From Planctomycetota bacterium (lineage in GTDB: Bacteria; Planctomycetota; MHYJ01; JACPRB01): 64,000 nt of DNA. The DNA lies in contig JACQVR010000037.1 of the NCBI GenBank assembly GCA_016209705.1, positions 25,080 to 89,079 on the forward strand, written 5' to 3'. Both the position numbers and the translations under genes were made by a program. Of the stretch, positions 9,433 to 16,863 are shown piece after piece; within the stretch, counting starts at the first letter, position 1, and each line of letters begins with the position of its first letter. The notes beneath the pieces are model-generated. The model had not been told where the DNA came from and made no database searches. It worked only from the letters and a program-made list of their open reading frames with translations.

Positions 9433-9777
9433 GCGAGATCCCGGAGGAGACGGAGGTCACGGAGGAAGAAGGAACCGCGGAGTATGCGGAGGCGCGGAGA
9501 AGATTTTTATGGAGATGGGGAGATCGAGCAGATGCGGAGATATTCCTGGGGAGAGTGGGTTCCTTGGAACCCTGTTCACTTTCCATGTCTCCCGCTTGGC
9601 ATTCGTGAAAAAATAATTGCTCTCGTTCCTGGATAAACCGCCAAAGCGCCAAACCGCTGAAAGAACTCCCGCAAGAACCTCCGATGGCGCTTTTGCGTTT
9701 TTGCGGTTCATCAACCAGATTCGGCATTTATTTCTTCAGGGAGCCTTATCTCCGGCTCCTCCGCCTTCTCCATCTCA
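9433..9777. repeat. Composite nested inverted-repeat element (GGAGAT-stutter arms plus internal hairpins)
   Basis: Purine-rich GGAG(A/G)-stutter arm at 9433-9545. gggttccttggaaccc palindrome around 9557-9572. CCAAAGCGCC-family hairpin at 9637-9709. Complementary ATCTCC/CTCC arm at 9747-9777. The left arm is homologous to 13247-13355. Confidence 0.65.
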
Positions 9778-10335
9778 CTCGGTGAATCGAACCGTTCGCA
9801 GCATCTGGAGGAACGATTCCTCCCATGCCGAAACCGTAGGGGACGGCCCGACGAGCTTGAAATACCAGGTCCCTTCGGGCTCGGGAACGATGGCGGCCAG
9901 CATGCGCGCGTTCGGCATGGAATCGCCTTGGTTGTCGCCCGCATACGTTCCCGAAATGTCCACGATCGTGATTCTCGTCGGAGCGCCTTCGAGGGCGTGA
10001 TGTTTCGCTTCGGCCTCTCCGAACTGCGCGCGCCAGCGGGAAACGTTGTCTTCCACCGACCCGCTGTGCCCCAGGAAGAAGAAGAGCGCCATTTCCGCGT
10101 CTCCTTGGCCTTCGCTCCGCGCGGGCACGCGGTACTGGGCTTTGCGCATGGCACTCGCCGGGGTTTCCGCGATCCATCCATCGGGAGCCGTATACGAAAG
10201 ATCGTCGGTCGCGCGGTCCGCCGGTGCGCGCGGCGGTGGAGCCTGGGCGGGAGGGATCTTGGTCTTTTCGACCGTGGGCGGTTTGCAACCCAGAGGCGAC
10301 AAGATCAGCACGGCGGCGATGAGGGCTCGCGTCAT
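9775..10335 (-). CDS. Hypothetical lipoprotein
   Basis: MTRALIAAVLILSPLGCK has a lipobox. 186 aa, no family recognised. The stop codon lies inside the ATCTCC repeat arm. Confidence 0.6.
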   Translation of the reverse strand: MTRALIAAVLILSPLGCKPPTVEKTKIPPAQAPPPRAPADRATDDLSYTAPDGWIAETPASAMRKAQYRVPARSEGQGDAEMALFFFLGHSGSVEDNVSRWRAQFGEAEAKHHALEGAPTRITIVDISGTYAGDNQGDSMPNARMLAAIVPEPEGTWYFKLVGPSPTVSAWEESFLQMLRTVRFTE

Positions 10336-10367
10336 GATCGGTCATTGTACGGAAAGCCGGTTTCGGT

Positions 10368-11666
10368 TTGTATAGTGTCGCGGTGAAAAATACGGCCGAA
10401 ATCGTTCCGCCGCCCTCTTTCGGCGTGGAGGTTTCCGTTCCCGGCTCGAAGAGCCTGGCGAACCGGGCGCTCGTGTGCGCCGCCTTGGCCGCGGGCCGCA
10501 GCCGGTTGTCGGACTTCTCCCGATCCGAGGACTCCAAGGCGCTGCTCACGGCGTTGCGGCGGCTCGGATTTTCGATGGAGCCGCATCCGCCGAGGGATTT
10601 GATCGTCGAGGGAAGCGGTGGCCGGGTTCCCGCTCCCCGCGCCGACGTTCATCTTGGAAACGCGGGCACGGCGCTCCGCTTCGTCACCGCGCTGTCGGCG
10701 CTCGGCCGCGGAACCTTCCACATCGAAGGGGACCGGCGCATGCACGAGCGGCCCATTCGAGGATTGGTCGACGCGCTTCGCGGTCTGGGCGCGGAGGTCG
10801 AGTACGCGGGCGCCGAAGGATTCCCGCCGTTGCGGGTCACGGCGAGCGGAATCCGCGGCGGAAGCGTCCTCCTGGATGCGCGCGATTCGAGTCAATTCTT
10901 GTCCGCCCTTCTGCTGGTCGCGCCGTCGGCGCAGGATCCGATCGAGATCCGCACGGACGGGCCGCTCCCGTCCCGGGGCTACGTCGCTCTGACGCTGGAG
11001 GTTATGTCCCGGTTCGGCATTCGTCCCGCCGTGAGCCCGGAGGCGTGGCTCGTGCGGCCATCGACCTACCGATCCGGAACCTATGTCGTGGAACCGGATG
11101 CCGCGGCGGCGGGATATTGGTTCGCCATGGCGGCGGTCACCGGCGGACGAGCCACGGTGAACGGATTGGAGGAGTCGTGCCTACAACCGGAGATCGGCTT
11201 CGTGCAGGATCTCGAGGCGATGGGCGCGAGGGTCGAACGCGGCCGGGGCCGGATCACCGTCACGGGGAAGCCTCTCCGCGGCCTCGACGTCTCGATGAAC
11301 GACCGGCCGGATTCGGTTCCGACCTTGGCGGTGACGGCGCTTTTCGCCCGCGGCAAGACCAGGATTCGCGACGTGGCGCATCTGCGCCACAAGGAGTCGG
11401 ATCGGCTGGCCGCGCTGGCGCACGAGTTGGGCAAGCTGGGCGCCCGCGTCGCCGAACATGCGGACGGATTGGACATCGATCCGCCCGCCCGCGTGAAGCC
11501 GGCGGAGATCGAAACCTATCGCGATCATCGAATCGCGATGTCGTTTGCGGTCGCGGGCGTCGCCTCGCCGGGAATCCGCATCCTCGATCCGGCGTGCGTT
11601 TCCAAGAGCTACCCGAATTTCTGGCAAACCCTGAAGCACTGTGGGATCGAGGTGAGATGGGCCTGA
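10368..11666 (+). CDS. aroA: 3-phosphoshikimate 1-carboxyvinyltransferase (EPSP synthase)
   Basis: VPGSKSLANRALVCAALAAG, the LGNAGTALRF motif and C-terminal DHRIAMSFAVAG are all characteristic of AroA. Confidence 0.9.
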   Translation: MYSVAVKNTAEIVPPPSFGVEVSVPGSKSLANRALVCAALAAGRSRLSDFSRSEDSKALLTALRRLGFSMEPHPPRDLIVEGSGGRVPAPRADVHLGNAGTALRFVTALSALGRGTFHIEGDRRMHERPIRGLVDALRGLGAEVEYAGAEGFPPLRVTASGIRGGSVLLDARDSSQFLSALLLVAPSAQDPIEIRTDGPLPSRGYVALTLEVMSRFGIRPAVSPEAWLVRPSTYRSGTYVVEPDAAAAGYWFAMAAVTGGRATVNGLEESCLQPEIGFVQDLEAMGARVERGRGRITVTGKPLRGLDVSMNDRPDSVPTLAVTALFARGKTRIRDVAHLRHKESDRLAALAHELGKLGARVAEHADGLDIDPPARVKPAEIETYRDHRIAMSFAVAGVASPGIRILDPACVSKSYPNFWQTLKHCGIEVRWA

Positions 11667-11670
11667 AAGC

Positions 11671-11715
11671 GATGTCCGATATGCGAAGTCCGAAGTCTGA
11701 ATTCGGAAGTCGGAG
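11671..11715. repeat. Stutter repeat (GATGTCCGA / CGAAGTC units) between convergent aroA and ubiX
   Basis: gatgtccgatatgcgaagtccgaagtctgaattcggaagtcggag resembles the reverse complement of the 38209-38257 repeat. Confidence 0.6.
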
Positions 11716-11723
11716 AGCAACCA

Positions 11724-12365
11724 CTATTCGTCGATATCTTCCGGATGACGCCTTAGAGGAACGGAGGACTCTCCGTACCTCTGCATCAAATCGTTTTCGA
11801 TCCCCAGGTGATCCAGGATCCGGCTGACCACGAAATCGATCAGGCGCTCCACCGTGTCGCCGTGCGCATATAGACCCGGCGACGCGGGCAGCACGATCGC
11901 GCCCGCCTGAGAGAGTTCCAGCATGTTCTTGAGGTGTACGGTCGAGTAGGGCGTCTCCCTCGGAACCACGATGAGCTTGCGCCGTTCCTTCAGGCACACG
12001 TCCGCGGCGCGCTCGACGAGGTTCGTGGAACCGCCGTGGGCGATCCGGCCCAGCGTGCCCATGGAGCAGGGGACGATCGCCATGCCGTCGTGCGGATAGG
12101 ACCCGCTGGCGATCGGCACTTCGAAATCGTGCGCGGCGTGATACCGCACGTTCGGCGCGTCGCGGCCGAGCAGCGCGCGCACCACCTGGGCGCCGTCGGA
12201 CAGATCCAACGGCAGGTGCAGCTCGTGCTCGATGACCCGCGCGGCCGGGGGACTGACCGTCAGGTGGACGACGGCTCCGGTGCCGGCGAGACATTCGAGG
12301 GTTCGCCGCCCGTAAGCGGATCCGGAGGCGCCGGTGAGGGCGAGGACGTATCGGGAAGAGCGCAT
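11724..12365 (-). CDS. ubiX: Flavin prenyltransferase UbiX family
   Basis: Start MRSSRYVLALTGASGSAYG (conserved TGASG), then MAIVPCSMGTLGRIAHG and RKLIVVPRETP. The upstream extension of the 256-aa ORF is not conserved-looking. Confidence 0.85.
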   Translation of the reverse strand: MRSSRYVLALTGASGSAYGRRTLECLAGTGAVVHLTVSPPAARVIEHELHLPLDLSDGAQVVRALLGRDAPNVRYHAAHDFEVPIASGSYPHDGMAIVPCSMGTLGRIAHGGSTNLVERAADVCLKERRKLIVVPRETPYSTVHLKNMLELSQAGAIVLPASPGLYAHGDTVERLIDFVVSRILDHLGIENDLMQRYGESSVPLRRHPEDIDE

Positions 12366-13222
12366 CGCAGATGATTCCGAAAAACATGCCAGGAGGTATA
12401 TCGATGAAATTCTTCGAGCGTCTGAGATACGAGACTCGGCAGGGAGGCGCCGGCGGCGCAGCGCCGGCTCAGGGAGGTCAGCGCTTCGGGACACCGCGCT
12501 TCCAGTTCCCGCATCAGGAGATGGAATCCGAACGCTTCACCGAAGCGGATGCCTCCCGTCTCGTGCACATAAGCCATCTCGTCCATCGGGATCCGTAACC
12601 ATGCGGCTCGGTCGGCCGCGATCACGTCGGCATAAACTTTGATCTGCCGGACGTGTTTCTTCTGGAGCTCTTCGAAGAAGGATCCTCTGTTCGCGCGAGC
12701 TCGCGTTCCGTCGGCGGGGGCCGACTCCGTGTCGCCAATCTTGAGGATGAGCTTCTCCCGCAACAAGTCCCGCGCTTCCCGGTCGCCGTCGATCTTGTGA
12801 AGCGCGGGCAGGTGTTCGAAACGTATGCCCGGATAGCGGTCCTTGAATTCGGGACGGGCGACGAGTCCCACGGAGACGACGCCGATGCCGGTCCACGCCA
12901 GTTCCAGCGGCTCGGCGGCGCCGGCTCCTCGGTAGCGCAGCGCGGAGTCGGAGCGCTCCAGGTGCGTCACGCGACGCGGCGCGGGGAGCACGGGAAGGGC
13001 GTCATTGGGAACGCACCAGCAGGGAGCGCCGTCCGCTTCCAGCCGCGCCGCCAGCGCGCGCGCGGCCTCCTCGGCGATGTCCGCGACGAAGATGCCCCTT
13101 CCGCGGCGGACCGCCATGCGGGCTTCGGGTTTGGTGACGCCCAGGATCGGCGCGAGCAAGTCGCCGTACGTCCTCGGATCGACGGCGACGTCTTCCTTAA
13201 AGACGAGAGTGTACAAGTCCAT
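12260..13222 (-). CDS. Hypothetical protein
   Basis: 320-aa reading frame from MDLYTLVFKEDV. No family recognised. The low-complexity C-terminal tail overlaps the ubiX start by 106 nt. Confidence 0.45.
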   Translation of the reverse strand: MDLYTLVFKEDVAVDPRTYGDLLAPILGVTKPEARMAVRRGRGIFVADIAEEAARALAARLEADGAPCWCVPNDALPVLPAPRRVTHLERSDSALRYRGAGAAEPLELAWTGIGVVSVGLVARPEFKDRYPGIRFEHLPALHKIDGDREARDLLREKLILKIGDTESAPADGTRARANRGSFFEELQKKHVRQIKVYADVIAADRAAWLRIPMDEMAYVHETGGIRFGEAFGFHLLMRELEARCPEALTSLSRRCAAGASLPSLVSQTLEEFHRYTSWHVFRNHLRCALPDTSSPSPAPPDPLTGGEPSNVSPAPEPSST

Positions 13223-13237
13223 CGATTTCGAGCTCGC

Positions 13238-13790
13238 GGAGAAGACGGAGATCACGGAGACGGAAAATGAACCGCGGAGTCACGAAGACACGGGGAAGAT
13301 TCAAGAAGATAGGGAGATCGTGGAGATGCGGAGATGGCGGAGATGTGGAGATATTTTGGCTCTTCCGGTTATTGCGTACTTCCGGGACGTTATTCGCCAC
13401 CAAGACACCAAGACACGAAGCGACCGGGAATATATAGTGCTGGGCCGGCGGATTCCGCGATCGTCCGCCCGCCGGATCGCGGACGAACGCGCGCCGCCGA
13501 AACGGCTCCCCGACCGCCTTACGGCGGCGCCGCCATCGGCCGTCCGTCCGGCCGCAACGACGGCGTTGCGTCCGGATGGACGGCTGGAGAGCAGGAATCC
13601 GCCGGTCCATCCCCTTGGTGATGTCTTTGTGTCTTGGTGGTTCCCAGGGGACCCGGAGCACGGCATCCACTTCAGTAAGTACGCATTCGCCGGATGAACC
13701 GATATTTTTTCGTGGAGGGCCTATCTTCCAACATTTTCCGATCGCCATATCTCCAAGATCTCCACATCTCCCCATTCTCCTCCGTACGCT
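13238..13790. repeat. Composite deeply nested inverted-repeat element (about 550 nt, no ORF)
   Basis: Outer pair: GGAGAT-stutter arm 13238-13353 with ATCTCC arm 13746-13790. Second stem: 13397-13408 with 13629-13640 (12/12). Third stem: 13442-13456 with 13594-13608 (15 bp, one G-U). Three inner hairpins: 13454-13483, 13491-13530 and 13540-13583. Confidence 0.7.
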
Positions 13791-13855
13791 CCCTGCCCCG
13801 AGCTTGTCGATGGGCGATTTTTCCGTGACCTCCATGGCTTCGGGTTGTGAAACTT

Positions 13856-14191
13856 TTAGGTCTCCCGATCCCTTTTGGAGGAATCTCTCTTCATCCCCAA
13901 CGCCTGGCGCGCCGCGCTGAGGTCCCGTTCCCGAACCAGCACCGTCATGAAAAAGGGCTGCGGCATGTACGCGGAAAGATCGGAGAAGTGGTCGCTCACG
14001 GTATCCGTCTCGATGCCGGCCGCTTCCAGCGTTGCCCGAGCCGCGGCGGCCTCCGCATAGGGTGCCGTCAGAACCGGCACGAACTCGCCTTTCGGCTCCG
14101 GCGCTTCGGCTCCTTCCAGGGGATTTCCACACGCGGGACACATAGCGATCCCTTGAATGTACTCCGCATTGCAGTTGAGGCACAAGCCCAT
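13856..14191 (-). CDS. Small zinc-ribbon protein with DUF2007-like C-terminal domain
   Basis: Start MGLCLNCNAEYIQGIAMCPACGNPL (two CxxC pairs), then an alpha/beta-like tail (ATLEAAGIETDTV...FFMTVLVRERDLSAARQAL). The upstream ORF extension is translated stutter repeat. Confidence 0.5.
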   Translation of the reverse strand: MGLCLNCNAEYIQGIAMCPACGNPLEGAEAPEPKGEFVPVLTAPYAEAAAARATLEAAGIETDTVSDHFSDLSAYMPQPFFMTVLVRERDLSAARQALGMKRDSSKRDRET

Positions 14192-14255
14192 TGCTTCATC
14201 CCCGCAACGATTCCGCGTGACGCGCGCCCGCTCCGCCGGCGGTTCCGCCCGGCTT

Positions 14256-14302
14256 CCAGCTTCGAGCTTCAAGCTTCGAGCTTCAAGCTTCAAGCTCCAA
14301 AC
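14256..14302. repeat. CAAGCT/TCGAGCT-stutter repeat
   Basis: ccagcttcgagcttcaagcttcgagcttcaagcttcaagctccaaac is self-complementary around the AAGCTT cores. It ends 1 nt before the ubiD-like stop. Confidence 0.65.
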
Positions 14303-14303
14303 T

Positions 14304-15749
14304 TTATAGCCCCAACTCTCCCCACTTCTTGTCCACGATCGCCTTGATCTCGGGCGTCATGACCATTTCATCCGGCCAGGGGCGGGTGAAACCCTCCCCG
14401 GACCATTTGCGCGTGGCGTCGATGCCCACGTGCGAGCCCAGCCCCGGCAGCCGCGAGGCGTGGTCCAGGATGTCGATCGGCCCCATCACGAACTCCATGT
14501 CGCGTTCGGGGTCGATGTGATTCAGCGCCTTCCACGCCACCTCACGATAGTCGCGCACGTTCACGTCGGCGTCCACCACCACGATCATCTTGCAGAACAT
14601 CGCCTGCGGCAGGCCCCAGATCGCGTGCATCACTTTGCGCGCATGTCCGGGATATTGCTTGCGGATCGAGACGATCATCAGATTGTGGAAGACGCCTTCG
14701 TAGGGCATGTGGTAATCGACCACTTCGGAGAGCTGCATCCGCATCAAGGGCAGGAAGAGGCGCTCGATCGCGCCGCCGATGAAGCAGTCTTCCTGGACCG
14801 GTGGGCCGACGAGGATGGTGTGATACAAAGGGCTCTTGCGGTGCGTGACGGCCTGGACGCGGAAGACGGGAAACTCGTCCGGAAGGGAATAGTAGCCGGT
14901 GTGGTCGCCGAACGGCCCTTCGGTCCGGCGCTCCGCCGGGTCGAGCGTTCCTTCCAGCACGATCTCCGAGCCGGCCGGGACTTCTATGTCCAGCGTTTCG
15001 CATTTCGTCAGCTTCACGCCTTCCTGGCGCACCAGCCCGGCGAAGAGGATCTCGTCCACGTCTGGAGGCAGCGGCAGCGTGGCGGCGAAGCAGACCGCCG
15101 GGTCGCATCCGATCACCGCCGCGGCCTCCAGCGGCGCTTTCGATTTCCGCAGGTGGCGTGCGCCGTCCTTGTGGGGGTGGAAATGCATCCCCGTCGTGCG
15201 CTCGTCGTAGACCTGCATGCGGTAGCAACCGACGTTCCGTTTCCCGGATTCAGGGTCGAACGTGAAGACCAGCGGGAACGTGATGAACCGTCCGCCGTCC
15301 TGAGGCCAGCACGTGATGATGGGAAACCGGTTCAGGTCGACCTGGTCTCCCTTGAGGATCACTTCCTTGCACGGCCCGCCCGAGACGCTCCGTGGAAGGA
15401 AGCTGGCCGCTTCCATGAGTCGCGGGAGCGCCTTGATCTTTTCCAGGAAGCCGCCCGCGGGCGGGTTCATCGCCATCTCCAGGAAGGCGGACAGGCGTTT
15501 GGGCAGCTTGTCGATGCTCTCGGCCTCCAGCGCGAGCGCCATCCGTTCGTCGCTGCCGAAGAGGTTGATGGCGACGGGAATCGAATGGCCGCGGACGTTT
15601 TCGAACAGGAGCGCCGGGCCGCCGCGCTTGACGGTCCGGTCGGTGATCTCGGCGATCTCGAGATCCTGGGAGACTTCCGCGCGGATCCGCCGGAGCCGGC
15701 CGCGGGACTCGATGGCGGAGACGAATTCCCGCAGATCGGAATAGGGCAT
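14304..15749 (-). CDS. ubiD: UbiD-family (prenylated-FMN dependent) decarboxylase
   Basis: From MPYSDLREFVSAIESRGRLRRIRAEVSQDLEIAEITDR...GGPALLFENVRGH. 481 aa, matching UbiD-family length and N-terminal motifs. Confidence 0.85.
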   Translation of the reverse strand: MPYSDLREFVSAIESRGRLRRIRAEVSQDLEIAEITDRTVKRGGPALLFENVRGHSIPVAINLFGSDERMALALEAESIDKLPKRLSAFLEMAMNPPAGGFLEKIKALPRLMEAASFLPRSVSGGPCKEVILKGDQVDLNRFPIITCWPQDGGRFITFPLVFTFDPESGKRNVGCYRMQVYDERTTGMHFHPHKDGARHLRKSKAPLEAAAVIGCDPAVCFAATLPLPPDVDEILFAGLVRQEGVKLTKCETLDIEVPAGSEIVLEGTLDPAERRTEGPFGDHTGYYSLPDEFPVFRVQAVTHRKSPLYHTILVGPPVQEDCFIGGAIERLFLPLMRMQLSEVVDYHMPYEGVFHNLMIVSIRKQYPGHARKVMHAIWGLPQAMFCKMIVVVDADVNVRDYREVAWKALNHIDPERDMEFVMGPIDILDHASRLPGLGSHVGIDATRKWSGEGFTRPWPDEMVMTPEIKAIVDKKWGELGL

Positions 15750-16190
15750 GGGGGAGAAGTTTAACCGCCAAGCGGCCCGCAATAAATAGCTTCCTGAATC
15801 ACCCGACCGCGAAATCCTGGGATATAAATCGATGGCGTCGGGCTTGGGATCCACGATGACGCCGACACAGCCGAGACCGCCGATCATTTTCAGCGCAAGA
15901 CCGAAGGTATCCCGGACAAGCTGGTTGCCGATGCCTCTTCTTTGCCAGGCTTGGGCGACCGCCAGCCGCGCGACGCGAAGTATGGGAAGCGGATAGCGGG
16001 GCAGCCTTTTCCGCTTGAGCTTGTCGAAATTCGCGGCCCGGCCTTCGCCGATGGTGGCCCGAAAAATGGAGCGGTCGTCCTTGCCGGCCAGTGCGGAACC
16101 GCATACCGCGCGGACGTCCACCCCCAACTTCCGCGCTTCTTCCGCCACCCTCGGACTGATGTGTTCGTCCAAGAGAAAGGCGACCTTCAC
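15750..16190 (-). pseudogene. Chimeric toxin remnant: DUF5615 N-terminal fragment fused to the C-terminal part of a GNAT (TacT-like) toxin
   Basis: MKVAFLLDEHISPRVAEEARKLGVDVRAV...DDRSIFRATIGEGR is DUF5615-like. It is followed by KRKRLPRYPLPILRVARLAVAQAWQRRGIGNQLVRD...VGVIVDPKPDAIDLY (GNAT toxin core). An alternative frame ends at TAA 15761-15763. The present frame runs without a stop into ubiD. Confidence 0.5.
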
Positions 16191-16636
16191 GAGGCCTTGA
16201 CCTCGCGCGCGAACGCGGGTTTCGCGGGCCGTACGGGCATCTCGTGAATGTACGCCTTCGCGTAGGCGGCGCCCGCGTGGATTTGCTCCGAGGTGAAACT
16301 AGGGTAGTTCTCCCGGATTTTCTTGACGTCTTCCTTGTGGTCTCGGTAAATGCGAAACATCTCCCAGACGCTCAGGCCGGTTCCCGTGACGTGCGGGAAC
16401 CGCCCCGTCGGCGTCCATCGGAAATCGACGCCCGGGAACTTCGCCATCCGGACCCCCTCGAGCATGAACTCGATGGCCGCGGCGCTCATCGACGTGCCGG
16501 CCTGCTCCGCGTAGTCCTGAAGCTCCTGGACCAGAAGCTTCGGCACGCGCACGTTGAACTGCGTACTGGCCTCCACCTCCCGTAGAGACTCCTTTCCCTT
16601 TGTCGTGATCGCGACCACCGTGTCGCCGGCGCCCAA
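16187..16636 (-). CDS. RHH (CopG-like) plus DUF433 fusion protein, putative antitoxin
   Basis: FNVRVPKLLVQELQDYAEQAGTSMSAAAIEFMLEG is ribbon-helix-helix-like. PHVTGTGLSVWEMFRIYRDHKEDVKKIRENYPSFTSEQIHAGAAYAKAY is DUF433-like. ATGA overlap with the downstream DUF5615 fragment. Confidence 0.6.
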   Translation of the reverse strand: MGAGDTVVAITTKGKESLREVEASTQFNVRVPKLLVQELQDYAEQAGTSMSAAAIEFMLEGVRMAKFPGVDFRWTPTGRFPHVTGTGLSVWEMFRIYRDHKEDVKKIRENYPSFTSEQIHAGAAYAKAYIHEMPVRPAKPAFAREVKAS

Positions 16637-16649
16637 GCGCTCCTTTCGG

Positions 16650-16826
16650 GACGGTCAGCCCCGGCACGCGATCAAAGTGACGCACGTTGCCCGTCACGAT
16701 CTCGTCGCCTCGGGAAAGAGCGGAACTGGCGATCAGAAGGTCGGAAGACTCGCGATGGCCCCTTTGGCGGTTTGTTCGGAATAATAAGATGTATAAGCGG
16801 CCGTGCAGCGCCGTAGAACTGGCCAC
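16650..16826 (-). pseudogene. PIN-domain (VapC-like) C-terminal remnant
   Basis: ESSDLLIASSALSRGDEIVTGNVRHFDRVPGLTV matches the C-terminal D-x-lIAa-Al...lvT-N-x-HF...gL signature of VapC. The N-terminal two thirds are absent. Confidence 0.4.
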
Positions 16827-16863
16827 TGGTAGCTCGTGGCGGTCGTCTGGCTACAGCTCCGAG

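Noticed and set aside
13397-13640. 6S RNA or another known housekeeping ncRNA (RNase P, SRP, tmRNA) in the structured gap.
   Set aside because: No RNase P (GAGGAAAGUCCGG), SRP or tmRNA signature strings are present. The closing arms belong to dispersed repeat families seen elsewhere in the window. The length and branching do not fit the 6S single long hairpin with a central bubble.
14304-16190. The 628-aa ORF as a genuine toxin-UbiD fusion protein.
   Set aside because: The UbiD part starts at a conserved-looking N-terminus (MPYSDLREF) with normal family length. The upstream part is made of truncated domain fragments, and an alternative frame restores a stop 12 nt before the ubiD ATG. A decayed upstream gene is the simpler reading.
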